From an uncultured Verrucomicrobiaceae bacterium (GTDB lineage: Bacteria; Verrucomicrobiota; Verrucomicrobiia; Verrucomicrobiales; Verrucomicrobiaceae): a stretch of DNA of 64,000 nt. The stretch's first letter is position 1. Each line of letters opens with the position of its first letter. This document shows, in pieces, positions 36,338 to 44,884 of the stretch. The translations under genes were made by a program, and so were the position numbers. The stretch is taken from contig CAZIGH010000026.1 in the NCBI GenBank assembly GCA_964538625.1, positions 4,902-68,901 of the forward strand, in the 5' to 3' direction. The notes beneath the pieces were generated by a model. The model saw only the letters and a program-made list of their open reading frames with translations, was not told the DNA's origin and did no database searches.

Positions 36338-37314
36338 GGTGGGGGGGTGCGGCGTTTCCACCAGGCGGCGATGAGTCCTCCGACGATGTTCTGCATGACG
36401 CCGCTGAACACGGCGGCAGCTGCGGCGAGCGGCATGGCGGGGAAGTGCTCTTTCGCGAGCGAGGCGGCCATGCCTCCATTCTGCATGCCCACCTCTATGC
36501 TCACGGTGCGCGCTGCCGTCTCGGGGTAACGGACTGCTTTGCAGACAGAGTAGCCCACGGCGAACCCGAGAATGTGAAGCAGCAGCGCGGCAGTGGCCAG
36601 CCTTCCGAAGTTCTGCGCTATGGCATCTGCGCTCGCGGCTACGATGCCGCCGCTGACCAGGGTGAAGGCGATGACGGCAATGGTAGGCCCGCAGGCACCT
36701 ATCTTGTCCGCAGCCTTGGGCAGCTTCCAGCGAATCAAAACGCCAATCGCCACGGGTGCCACGACGAGCTGGAGAGCGGAGAGGCACATTCCCCACTGGT
36801 CCACAGGCACCAGCTTGCCCGCGAGTGCAGCGGTCCACAAAGGGGTGAAGACAAACGACAGCACGGTGGAGCACAGGGTGAGCACCACGGACAGGGCTAC
36901 GTTTGCGCGGGCGAGGTATGAGATCATGTTGGACGCCATGCCGCCCGGACAGCTCGCCACGAGGATGATGCCGACGGCGAGCCCCGCCTCCAGCTGCATG
37001 AGCATGGCTACAAGCCAGCCGCAAAGGGGCATGATGGTGTATTGTGCGGCGAATCCCACGGCCACCGCTCCCGGCATGGATGCCACTGCCTTGAAGTCCG
37101 CGATGCTGAGTGTGAGGCCCATGCCCAGCATGGAAGCGGCCAAGGACCAGAAGATCCATGGCTTGTCGAACCAGAGCATGGTCTCCGGTTTGATGAACGC
37201 GATGACTGCCAGCGTCACCAGCCACAGGGGGTAGAGGTTGTTGAACCAGTGGAAGAAGCGAGTCATCTGTGAGCTGGGGCAGTGACAACGTGCCTGCTGG
37301 GCGTTTTCCATCAC
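36334..37314 (-). CDS. Bile acid:Na+ symporter (BASS/SBF) family transporter
   Basis: FHWFNNLYPLWLV..., GLILVASCPGGMASN, VSIEVGMQNGGMA are typical BASS signatures. Start candidates are GTG 37314, ATG 37311 and ATG 37266. Confidence 0.85.
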   Translation of the reverse strand: MMENAQQARCHCPSSQMTRFFHWFNNLYPLWLVTLAVIAFIKPETMLWFDKPWIFWSLAASMLGMGLTLSIADFKAVASMPGAVAVGFAAQYTIMPLCGWLVAMLMQLEAGLAVGIILVASCPGGMASNMISYLARANVALSVVLTLCSTVLSFVFTPLWTAALAGKLVPVDQWGMCLSALQLVVAPVAIGVLIRWKLPKAADKIGACGPTIAVIAFTLVSGGIVAASADAIAQNFGRLATAALLLHILGFAVGYSVCKAVRYPETAARTVSIEVGMQNGGMAASLAKEHFPAMPLAAAAAVFSGVMQNIVGGLIAAWWKRRTPPP

Positions 37315-37345
37315 TCCACAGGTGCCGTGTGTGGGTGTGAGATGC

Positions 37346-37651
37346 TCATTTGTCAGTTGTGCGCTTTCTTGCGGATGGCTTTCGCTGGATGGTCCGTTTC
37401 ACGGCGGACTTCTTTTTGGCGGGCTCCCAGGTGCTGGGTTGTGGGATGCCTTTGCTGAACCATTTGCCGCCGCCTTTCTGCCACTGCTTTCTCCACTGGG
37501 CGGGGGAGATGTTTTGATCATCATCGGTGTATCCAGGCTCGAACCCGCAGGCGGGGCAGATCTCGTGCGATGCGCCGCCAGACTCACTGCGTTGAGGAGC
37601 ACGCAGCCCGTCATAGCCACAGGCGGCGCAGAGGTGTTTGACTTTGGGCAT
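37346..37651 (-). CDS. Small 4-Cys zinc-ribbon protein with basic C-terminal tail (hypothetical)
   Basis: CAACGYDG...CPACGFEPGY, then WRKQWQKGGGKWF and a Lys/Arg-rich tail. Lies 23 nt downstream of the Fn3 gene and 31 nt upstream of the transporter gene. Confidence 0.5.
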   Translation of the reverse strand: MPKVKHLCAACGYDGLRAPQRSESGGASHEICPACGFEPGYTDDDQNISPAQWRKQWQKGGGKWFSKGIPQPSTWEPAKKKSAVKRTIQRKPSARKRTTDK

Positions 37652-37674
37652 GGTGGTTTGGCGGCAGTGGGTTG

Positions 37675-38496
37675 TTAGAAAGGCAGCTCGCTCGGCTTGA
37701 TGGGGCGGCCTGGCTGTCGTGACCAGTAGCCCGGGCTGTTGGGGCGGAAGAAGGTCTTCGTGGTTCCGTCCCGGTTGTAGGCTGCGAAGGCGCGGGAGTT
37801 CGGCTCCCAGATGCGAAGAGTGCCATCAGCATCATCCCATTTCATGGGCAGCGAGTTCTGGCGGGCATATTGAAGAAAGAGCCATGCCTTTGCGGCATAG
37901 TCGTCCGGTGAGGTGCAGCGAAAGTCCTTCCCGTGGCGCTCGTAGTGGTCCTGAAGTGAGGGCATGTAGCCCCACGTTTCGTGAGTGGGCGGTGCTCGGG
38001 GCGGCGCGGCCTTTTGGGGCGTTTCGGTGGCGCTCGCTGGAGGTCGCTGGTCCGTGCTTCCCTCCGCGAGCTTGGGCAGTGGACGAGGAGTAGGCTTTTT
38101 TGTCTCTTCTGCGGTGTCAGACACGGCAGGTTTGGGATCTTCGAAGCCAGGACTCCAGGAAGGGGTGCCTTCTGTGGTCAGGGTGAGCCTTCCTTCGGCG
38201 AGCCACTGGCGTGCCGTGCCGGCCCGCACGAAGTAGGTTTTGCCTGGGAGGAGGTCGGTCAGGGTGACTTCATGGTAGAGGCCAAGTGCGCCTTCCGCCT
38301 TCTTTGGGAGCATTTCAGAGTGGGTGCCATAGGCCACCTTGGTGCCGCAGATGACATCTGTCTTCCAGCTCAGCACCACGCCGTTGTCGGTGGCGGTCAC
38401 CGTGACGGGGCTGGTGAGTTCCACGGCGGTGCATGGCGTTGCAAGAGCCAATGAAGCCAGGCAGCCTGCGAGGAGCGCTGTGAACCTTTGAATCAT
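37675..38496 (-). CDS. Secreted protein: Fn3-like N-terminal domain, low-complexity linker, unassigned ~110-aa C-terminal module
   Basis: Signal peptide. VLSWKTDVICGTKVAYG...YHEVTLTDLLPGKTYFVRAG (Fn3/purple-acid-phosphatase-N-like). C-terminal LQDHYERHGKDFRCTSPDDYAAKAWLFL...DGTTKTFFRPNSPGYWSRQ. Confidence 0.55.
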   Translation of the reverse strand: MIQRFTALLAGCLASLALATPCTAVELTSPVTVTATDNGVVLSWKTDVICGTKVAYGTHSEMLPKKAEGALGLYHEVTLTDLLPGKTYFVRAGTARQWLAEGRLTLTTEGTPSWSPGFEDPKPAVSDTAEETKKPTPRPLPKLAEGSTDQRPPASATETPQKAAPPRAPPTHETWGYMPSLQDHYERHGKDFRCTSPDDYAAKAWLFLQYARQNSLPMKWDDADGTLRIWEPNSRAFAAYNRDGTTKTFFRPNSPGYWSRQPGRPIKPSELPF

Positions 38497-38576
38497 GAGG
38501 TCAGAGGACGAGGATTTGGTAAAAAAAGACCGCAGCCAAGGCGACTGCGGTCTGCAAAAGAGGCTCTGACCAGCAA

Positions 38577-39830
38577 TCAGGGGCTGCGCGGACGAGGACG
38601 GGGACGGGGGCGCGCTGTCTGGTTGTTGCCGCCGTTGTTGCTGCCCGGGTTGCTAACGCCGCTCGAACCGCCGCCGCCGCCGCCAAACCCGGCGGAGGTG
38701 AAGGCGAAGGGATTGGTGACAGCAGGCTGTGCGGAATCACCGGTCATGCTGCCGCCGCTGTTGGAGGTGCCTTCTCCTGAGCCGCTACCAGCACCAGCAC
38801 CAGCACCGGCACCAGCGCCGCCAGCCAAGTTCTTGGGCTTGGCTTTGCCTTTGGACTTCACGGTGATTTTAGGACCCGCGACGGCGAACGCAGGGGGATT
38901 GAAATCCGGCTCCCACCGCATGGCGATGTACCTTGCGGTGACGGGCTTGGCCAGCTTGGCATTGAGGTAGCCGCGACCTTGCTTGTCTTCCACCATGAGA
39001 TCAGGCTCTCTAGTCTCGAAGACGGAAGGATCAAATGACATGCGCCCCCGCCAGTCTTCTTTCTCCGGCAGTTGCTGATCCTTGAACGTGTAGGCGTAGA
39101 ACCGGACGGGACGCGCGGAGTGCACTGAACCAAGCTCGGTGATGAGGCGCTCCTTGCCCAAGTCATAGATGATGGTCCGGAAGCGTTCTTCGGACTCGGG
39201 GAAATCAAAGCGATTGTACTTGGTGGCCAGTTCATCCGGCCCCTTGGTGTCTGGATGAATGTAGATGATGCGTGTGCCACCAAGACCGCCGCCGGCGTCT
39301 ATGGAGCTGGAGTCACTCGGAGCGCCGTCCTGAAGATCAAACTCTTCCGCAGTCTCCGTGCCGAAAAGCTCCAGTGAGCGCACGGTGCCCCCCTTTGCCA
39401 GATCAAACTGAATGCGCACGTACTTCACCTGAGCGCTGGCGAACTTCACATTCACCAAGCGGTCTGCCGGTGTGAACACGGACTGACCGAGATTCGTCCA
39501 CGTCTGCTGGTCCACGCTCCCTGCCACTGCGATACGGCCTTCCGCACCGTCGTTCGTGATTCCTGCGAGATGGATGTTTGTCTGCCGCCCGAGATTGAAA
39601 ACGGCCTCGCTGGAGCCTGTGCCCACCAGAGACGACGCACTGACATCATCTGAAACGAGATTCTCTGGCTGCCCGATGCCGCGTGAGTTGCTCACGCTCA
39701 CGCCCTCGATGGAGGCTGAAGCGAGGTCCACGGGCCGTTTCACGGATCCGCCCAATCTCTGCCACGCCGCTTGGGTGGTCGCAGCTGCCGTTGCAACCGC
39801 GAGAATAAGAATGTAGAACTTTGCTTTCAT
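38577..39830 (-). CDS. Secreted protein with galactose-binding/discoidin-like domains and a Gly/Ser/Ala-rich tail ending RPRPRPRPRSP
   Basis: Signal peptide MKAKFYILILAVATAAA (start ATG 39830). NLVSDDVSASS...VKYVRIQFDLAKGGTVRSLELFG. A second similar unit ends ARYIAMRWEP. Confidence 0.5.
   Translation of the reverse strand: MKAKFYILILAVATAAATTQAAWQRLGGSVKRPVDLASASIEGVSVSNSRGIGQPENLVSDDVSASSLVGTGSSEAVFNLGRQTNIHLAGITNDGAEGRIAVAGSVDQQTWTNLGQSVFTPADRLVNVKFASAQVKYVRIQFDLAKGGTVRSLELFGTETAEEFDLQDGAPSDSSSIDAGGGLGGTRIIYIHPDTKGPDELATKYNRFDFPESEERFRTIIYDLGKERLITELGSVHSARPVRFYAYTFKDQQLPEKEDWRGRMSFDPSVFETREPDLMVEDKQGRGYLNAKLAKPVTARYIAMRWEPDFNPPAFAVAGPKITVKSKGKAKPKNLAGGAGAGAGAGAGSGSGEGTSNSGGSMTGDSAQPAVTNPFAFTSAGFGGGGGGSSGVSNPGSNNGGNNQTARPRPRPRPRSP
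38787..38816. repeat. Hexanucleotide repeat (ACCRGC)x5, coding (GA)n on the minus strand
   Basis: accagc accagc accagc accggc accagc, inside CDS 38577..39830. Confidence 0.9.
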
Positions 39831-39968
39831 CTTTGTCGCTACCTTACGCACGCTCGCTGACGCCCCATCGGAAGGTCGGTGAGGGGTCATGAAAACGGGC
39901 TAGGTGAGATTAAAGCCATGACTGAGAAAGAAAGTAAACATAATTTCCTGTCACGCAGCTCAAAGGTG

Positions 39969-39997
39969 TTGAAATTTCACAAAAATAGATAATAATT
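39969..39997 (+). promoter_or_regulatory. Candidate promoter TTGAAA-16/17 nt-AATAAT/ATAATT for the 40004 gene
   Basis: The most AT-rich stretch of the window, in a divergent intergenic region. The -10 element ends only ~7 nt before GTG 40004. Confidence 0.3.
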
Positions 39998-40003
39998 AGA
40001 TCC

Positions 40004-40660
40004 GTGCATTGTCCTCGTTGTTCAGCTGATGTGGCTCCAAATGCCTCCGAGTGTGGCGTTTGCAGGTTCACGCTTGCTGAGCTGGACGCTAGGCTTGGCA
40101 GCACTCACGCTGCGATTGATCCCATCATGGACGTAGCCCATTGCTTGCGGCTGGCAGACCGGACCATGCTGGAGTCTCTGCTTGATGACTTTGAGAGGCG
40201 ATTTCCCCAGGTGCACCTAGCGCTGTTTCTGGGTGTGCTGCCAGCAGGCATGAGCGTGGTGGAGGCGGGGTTCTGGATCTTGAACCGGGGAGTGCGCAAG
40301 CGGCGCGGGGTGATGTGTGACAATCGCTTTGGTCTGCTGGTGCTGGTGGATCCAGCGGCACGGCAGGTGGGGGTAAGCATGGGCCGGGCACTGGAGCCTC
40401 TGCTTCCGGCTGCTGGGCTTACCGCGCTGCTGGAAAGGCATTCACACCATCTCTGGCATAGCGACTACGGTACCGCGCTGAAACAAATTGTGGGCGGGCT
40501 GGATGCGATGCTGCGGCGTGTGGGCCATGCGCGGAGGCGCGTGCCTGTGAACAACATGGTGGAAGAGCCACCGGGTCGGTTGGGCCTGCGGAAGAATACA
40601 CGCCCTCTGTCTGCATCTACGGGAGAAGCGAAGGTCATCGCAAACAAGGAGCAAGCCTGA
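40004..40660 (+). CDS. Zinc-ribbon + TPM-like domain protein
   Basis: CPRC...CGVC, then IMDVAHCLRLADRTMLESLLDDFERRFPQVHLALFLGVL...FGLLVLVDPAARQVGVSMGRALE. This resembles the TPM (TLP18.3/Psb32/MOLO-1) pattern. The start is GTG. Confidence 0.5.
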   Translation: MHCPRCSADVAPNASECGVCRFTLAELDARLGSTHAAIDPIMDVAHCLRLADRTMLESLLDDFERRFPQVHLALFLGVLPAGMSVVEAGFWILNRGVRKRRGVMCDNRFGLLVLVDPAARQVGVSMGRALEPLLPAAGLTALLERHSHHLWHSDYGTALKQIVGGLDAMLRRVGHARRRVPVNNMVEEPPGRLGLRKNTRPLSASTGEAKVIANKEQA

Positions 40661-41805
40661 TGAAGCCGATGCCAGTCAGACTCGTCATGTGCCTTGTTTT
40701 CATGGCATTGAGCGCCTGGGTTCAGGCAGATGAGACACGCTTTGCGCCATTGCCCGCTTGGTCTGCGGAGGAACAGGCCATCCTGGCGGCGCATCCGGAC
40801 ACGCCGCTTTTGCTGGGGGGCCTTCTGTGGCCCAGGGGGGCGAATGGTGGACTCAATGTGGACCCGGATCTGCCCATCCTGCCTGAGGCAGATTTGGCAC
40901 CAAGTGAAGAGACGCGGTCGCCTGTGCTGGCGGACTCGCCAGACCTTGCGCAGCCGGTGGCCGACATCACCGGGTTTTTGCCGCCAGCCGCCATAGAGGA
41001 ACCGGAGCCGCAACGGAAGCTGGAACCTACTCCGGAGCACGCGCTTCGTGCAACCGGAGAAGAGTTTGCTGAGTTGTGTTACGCAGCGGATCCCGAGCAC
41101 TTTGTCATTGATCCCTCATACCACTTCACGGAGCTGGAGCGGGAGGATGCGGAGCGCTTCCTGGAGTATCATGCCGGGGATGCCAAAATACGGGTGACGT
41201 TGCTGGTGATAGGGAGGGACGAGGTCTTGAACAAGCAGTTCGATTTCACGCGCCTGGCGCAGGGCGGTGTGCTCAGGGATAATACGGCTCTGCTGGTGCT
41301 GCCAGTGGGGGAGCCGTGGCGCTGCCGTCTGTTTTTCAGCAGCAACGTTCATCAAGGTGCCAGACCGGCAGAACTGGCGGAGATACTGAGTCGCGTCATT
41401 GAACAGGGAAGGCAGAACCCAAGCCGCGAAGAGCAGCTGCATCGCATGCTGGTGGAGCTGTCGATTCAACTTTTCCAGCTTGAGCAAAGACTTGCTCCAC
41501 TTGAACCGAAGCCGGTCGATCATCCGGTGGCTTCACTGGAGCCCGAGCGGTTGACCGCCCCCGAACTAGCAGAGGTATTCTCAGACGAATCGCTTCCTGC
41601 AGCGATGCTCCGCCGCACGCTGGATCACGCCTATGCGCCCTGGATTCTCTACTCCGCACTGCTGCTCATGGCCGCGCTCGTGTGGCTGCGCTGGCGGGCT
41701 TACCGCATGAGACACTTCGAGTGGCTGCTGCCAGATGTGGAACCCGCCGCTTCAAGTCTTGGCGGCGAGTTTTCGGGAGGTGGAGTGATGATCGCCTACC
41801 GCTGA
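40660..41805 (+). CDS. Secreted/membrane-anchored TPM-like domain protein
   Basis: Signal peptide. VIDPSYHFTELEREDAERFLEYHAGDAKIRVTLLVIG...NTALLVLPVGEPWRCRLFFS. C-terminal TM WILYSALLLMAALVWL. TGATG overlap with the upstream gene. Confidence 0.45.
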   Translation: MKPMPVRLVMCLVFMALSAWVQADETRFAPLPAWSAEEQAILAAHPDTPLLLGGLLWPRGANGGLNVDPDLPILPEADLAPSEETRSPVLADSPDLAQPVADITGFLPPAAIEEPEPQRKLEPTPEHALRATGEEFAELCYAADPEHFVIDPSYHFTELEREDAERFLEYHAGDAKIRVTLLVIGRDEVLNKQFDFTRLAQGGVLRDNTALLVLPVGEPWRCRLFFSSNVHQGARPAELAEILSRVIEQGRQNPSREEQLHRMLVELSIQLFQLEQRLAPLEPKPVDHPVASLEPERLTAPELAEVFSDESLPAAMLRRTLDHAYAPWILYSALLLMAALVWLRWRAYRMRHFEWLLPDVEPAASSLGGEFSGGGVMIAYR

Positions 41806-41807
41806 GT

Positions 41808-44150
41808 TCAGCGTTGTTTCGGCAGCCAGGTCTCTATAGGTGCCGCAGCAGCCTCAGCCGCTTTATCGCCCGGGGCGAAGGCCACACTGACGGTGTGTTT
41901 GCCCTTGAGGTCTTTTAGCGGCACCTTGAGCATGGTGATGCCTTTGAAGGAGCCCTCCGTCTGTGTGTTCGTTGGCTCAGGGACGGCCTCAGTGGCGAAT
42001 GAGGCGCCTTCAGGGGAGAGTAGAGTGACGGTCATGAGGTTGTTGCCCATTTTGAGGGTGGCCTTTTTCCCGTCCACGGTGACTTCTGCGCGGGTGTGCA
42101 TGACCCACTCTGGCGAGGAGGTGCCTTTGATTTCCATCTCGTCCTGCACGAGCACGAAGGGTGAGGCACCGCGCTTCATCATGAAGCCGCGCCGGTAGTC
42201 TTTCACCCGGTTGGAGTAGGCGTCCGAGAGGTCCACCACGGCCACCCCGACTTCAGGTGAACTATGAAAGGCCACGATCTCTGCCTTCGCCGTGAGTGAT
42301 TGGTTGTGAGGTAGCGCCGGGGGGCCGGGAGCCTTTTTCTTGTCGTCGTCAGCGGGTGCTCCGGCGAAACGCATGACATTTTGACCGAGTGTGTTGTCAC
42401 GATAGCGGTTGAAGCGGTTGGCGTCGTTGAGGTTTAAGGGGCGGCCTTGTGCAGAGAAGGTGCCCAGCTCGACCGCCCAGCGCTGGCCGCCTGCGTCGAG
42501 CACGAAGGTGCCCAGATCCAACTGCGAACCGGGGAGCGCATTGTCCCCGCCCTTGAAGCCGAGGAACATGGCCTTTGAATCATGCCAGGCGGACCGCATG
42601 GCACCTACCCGAGCGGAGGCGATGGTGTAGTCAAAGTTTGCCGGCGTAGCCATGCCGGTGGAGTAGGGACTCATGAAAACGAGCTGCCCGGCCTGGTTCA
42701 GGCCGCCGCTTTGGTCGCTGGCCGCCGCGCCCACGTTGAAGGCGGCTACGCCCAGATTGCCATGGTTCATTTTCAGCCAGGTGCTGATCCATGGTTTGGT
42801 AAAGCCACTGCCCTCAAACGAGCAATAGTTGAACACACCAGCAGGGCCGTTGAGAAGAAGCCGAGCCCACTGGCTCTGTGGAATGCCCTCCACGGTGGTG
42901 ATGCCATAATCACTGCCCGTCGCAGAGCGCAGGGTCATAGAGAGAATGGACAGTGCATCCAGCACGTCCTCACCGCGTGACAGTCCTTCAGACCAGATGC
43001 CATCCGGGGCGAACTGGGTGAGTCCGTCACCTAGTACTTTGGCCGCGCTGTTTGCGGCTTGTGCAGCCACGGCGGATTCCTCATCCAAGATGGCTATGGC
43101 AGCCACGAGAAGGGCGGAGGCCATGACCATTTCCTCAGAGGTCTTTGGCACTTTGCCTTCTGGCTTCTTGGGCGGCGGGGCTTTGCTGGGCTCGAGTTTC
43201 TGACCGGGTTCGGGGCGCTTGGTGGTGATGGGAAGCGACTCGTGTTCCAGATGCGCCTTGAGGGCATCCATGCCGAGCTGGATCAGCGAGGTTCGGATGG
43301 CGCGGGCCTGCTCGTCGTTGAGCGTGGAGCGGAACCAGTCATAACCCAGAGCCACGGCGAAGACGAACTCCGCACATTCGTGCCCCTCCTCTGGCTTCCA
43401 GTTGGTGAACTTGGAGAGGGCCTCCAGCTCACTGGGCATGCGCGCCTTCCACTTCGGATCTCCGCTGATATGGTCCATGAGCCCGAAGCTGAGGAACCGG
43501 TGCAGCCCCTCAGCGCCCACGCCGCCACCACGCCCGCCCTCGCCCCGCTTCTGCTGGAGCTCGTATTTGGAGAGCCATACCTCACCGGTCTTCTCCACGT
43601 TCTTGGCCAGTGCGGCGCTCACGGGATCCGTGCTCAGCCGCGCTTTCACAGCGGCCAAGCCACTTGCGTTCAGGAATACCCGTGGGCGCTCGCGCTTCAC
43701 CGCTCCCAAAATCTGCGAGCCGTTCGGGAACTTGAACTTCTTGGCTGGCACCACGGTGATCTGAGGCGGCGGTGGTGCAGGTGTTCCTGCTGGTGGAGCC
43801 GCTGCAGGAGGCGCTGCGGGAGGCGCTGCAGGAGGCGCTGCGGGAGGCGAACCAGGAGCTGGGGCCGTGGCTGGCGCACCCGCTGGAGCTGGCGCTGGAG
43901 CAGGCTTGGAGAGCTGTTCTTTAATGTAAAGCAGGTCCGCTTCCACCAGCCTATCCACACTCAGTGTGTAGGATTGCCCGGCTGGAGTCTGGATGGTGAC
44001 CGTGCGTTTGGCGGGATCGGCCGAGACCATGCTTGCCTCGATTTTCCGTCCGGAGGTTTTGTCCGTCCATGCACGCACCTCCATCCCAGTGGAGGTGGCG
44101 ATGGCGCACCAACTGAACACAGCGGCGGTAAGGCTAAGAGAGAGTTTCAT
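41808..44150 (-). CDS. Secreted SHD1-domain protein with heparinase II/III-like (alginate-lyase/DUF4962-type) body
   Basis: VRAWTDKTSGRKIEASMV...YTLSVDRLVEADLLYIKEQL (SHD1-like). (PAAP)n linker. AVALGYDWF and SQLDLGTFVLDAGGQRWAVELG resemble heparinase II/III family blocks. The start is at ATG 44150. Confidence 0.55.
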   Translation of the reverse strand: MKLSLSLTAAVFSWCAIATSTGMEVRAWTDKTSGRKIEASMVSADPAKRTVTIQTPAGQSYTLSVDRLVEADLLYIKEQLSKPAPAPAPAGAPATAPAPGSPPAAPPAAPPAAPPAAAPPAGTPAPPPPQITVVPAKKFKFPNGSQILGAVKRERPRVFLNASGLAAVKARLSTDPVSAALAKNVEKTGEVWLSKYELQQKRGEGGRGGGVGAEGLHRFLSFGLMDHISGDPKWKARMPSELEALSKFTNWKPEEGHECAEFVFAVALGYDWFRSTLNDEQARAIRTSLIQLGMDALKAHLEHESLPITTKRPEPGQKLEPSKAPPPKKPEGKVPKTSEEMVMASALLVAAIAILDEESAVAAQAANSAAKVLGDGLTQFAPDGIWSEGLSRGEDVLDALSILSMTLRSATGSDYGITTVEGIPQSQWARLLLNGPAGVFNYCSFEGSGFTKPWISTWLKMNHGNLGVAAFNVGAAASDQSGGLNQAGQLVFMSPYSTGMATPANFDYTIASARVGAMRSAWHDSKAMFLGFKGGDNALPGSQLDLGTFVLDAGGQRWAVELGTFSAQGRPLNLNDANRFNRYRDNTLGQNVMRFAGAPADDDKKKAPGPPALPHNQSLTAKAEIVAFHSSPEVGVAVVDLSDAYSNRVKDYRRGFMMKRGASPFVLVQDEMEIKGTSSPEWVMHTRAEVTVDGKKATLKMGNNLMTVTLLSPEGASFATEAVPEPTNTQTEGSFKGITMLKVPLKDLKGKHTVSVAFAPGDKAAEAAAAPIETWLPKQR
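43801..43848. repeat. 12-nt tandem repeat x4 (gctgcRggaggc), coding (PAAP)n
   Basis: gctgcaggaggc gctgcgggaggc gctgcaggaggc gctgcgggaggc. A degenerate fifth unit lies at 43789-43800. Confidence 0.9.
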
Positions 44151-44298
44151 GACAGGGAGGTGAAAACGTTTTTGGGGCGAACTTTCTTGGACCGGAGACG
44201 CACCGAAAGCGACGCTGCTCCTATCCCAGCAAAATGGCAAGTTCAGGTCAAGACTGGGATTGGATGGGTGAAAGGTGTCGAGGGAAGCTGCGGGCGGT

Positions 44299-44751
44299 TC
44301 ATTCCTCTATCCACACTTCGGTGCCTTCTGGCACGAGATCATAAAGTTCTATCATGGCGTCATTCGTGAGTCGTACACACCCATGGCTTCCGCGCTGACC
44401 GATGCGGCGCTCGTCATTGGTGCCGTGGATGTAGATGAAGCGGTCATAAGTGTTTGCATTCCGAGCCTCCAGTCCGTCGAGACGCAGAATGCGAGTGAGC
44501 ACTAGGTCCTCGCTCGTGTCATCGCCCGGCTTCCAGCAGCCAACCGGCTGTCTTGCCTTGAAGATGGTGCCCCAGTCGGCCCCGTCCCCGTGCTTTTCCT
44601 TCACGACGAAGCGCCCGAGCGGCGTGCGCAGACTGCCTTCGGTGAATCCCAGTCCAAAGCGGGACGTTGAGCACGGCCACTCGCGGATCATGCGCGTGCC
44701 TTCCCAGAGCTGAAGCGTTTGCTTGGCCACGGAGACATGAATGCGTTTCAT
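44299..44751 (-). CDS. L,D-transpeptidase (YkuD domain)
   Basis: IYIHGTNDERRIGQRGSHGCVRLTNDAMIELY carries the catalytic SHGC motif. Confidence 0.85.
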   Translation of the reverse strand: MKRIHVSVAKQTLQLWEGTRMIREWPCSTSRFGLGFTEGSLRTPLGRFVVKEKHGDGADWGTIFKARQPVGCWKPGDDTSEDLVLTRILRLDGLEARNANTYDRFIYIHGTNDERRIGQRGSHGCVRLTNDAMIELYDLVPEGTEVWIEE

Positions 44752-44884
44752 CCCTTGTGCTTTACGTTTCTGGAGCGGAAGTCAAACCCCAGTCTGAAAT
44801 GCGGTGCTGAAAATCTTCCTCGCGTTCGCTCCAAGGCGGCGTTGACAGAAGGAGTTCTGTTTCGATAGTGCAGGAACCTTCGAT

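Noticed and set aside
35264-37288. A 674-aa ORF that looks like one very large protein
   Set aside because: Only the last 357 codons (from ATG 36337) have kinase motifs. The upstream 317 codons are Arg/His/Gly-rich and lie out of frame over the well-supported BASS transporter gene (36334-37314). This is a typical high-GC shadow ORF.
38787-43848. Short tandem repeats as a possible CRISPR array
   Set aside because: The units are 6 and 12 nt, contiguous without spacers, and lie in frame inside coding sequence, where they encode low-complexity linkers.
43059-44369. 436-aa plus-strand ORF
   Set aside because: It lies antisense to the heparinase-like gene and is rich in Arg, Trp, Cys and Gly runs derived from the (PAAP)n repeat complement.
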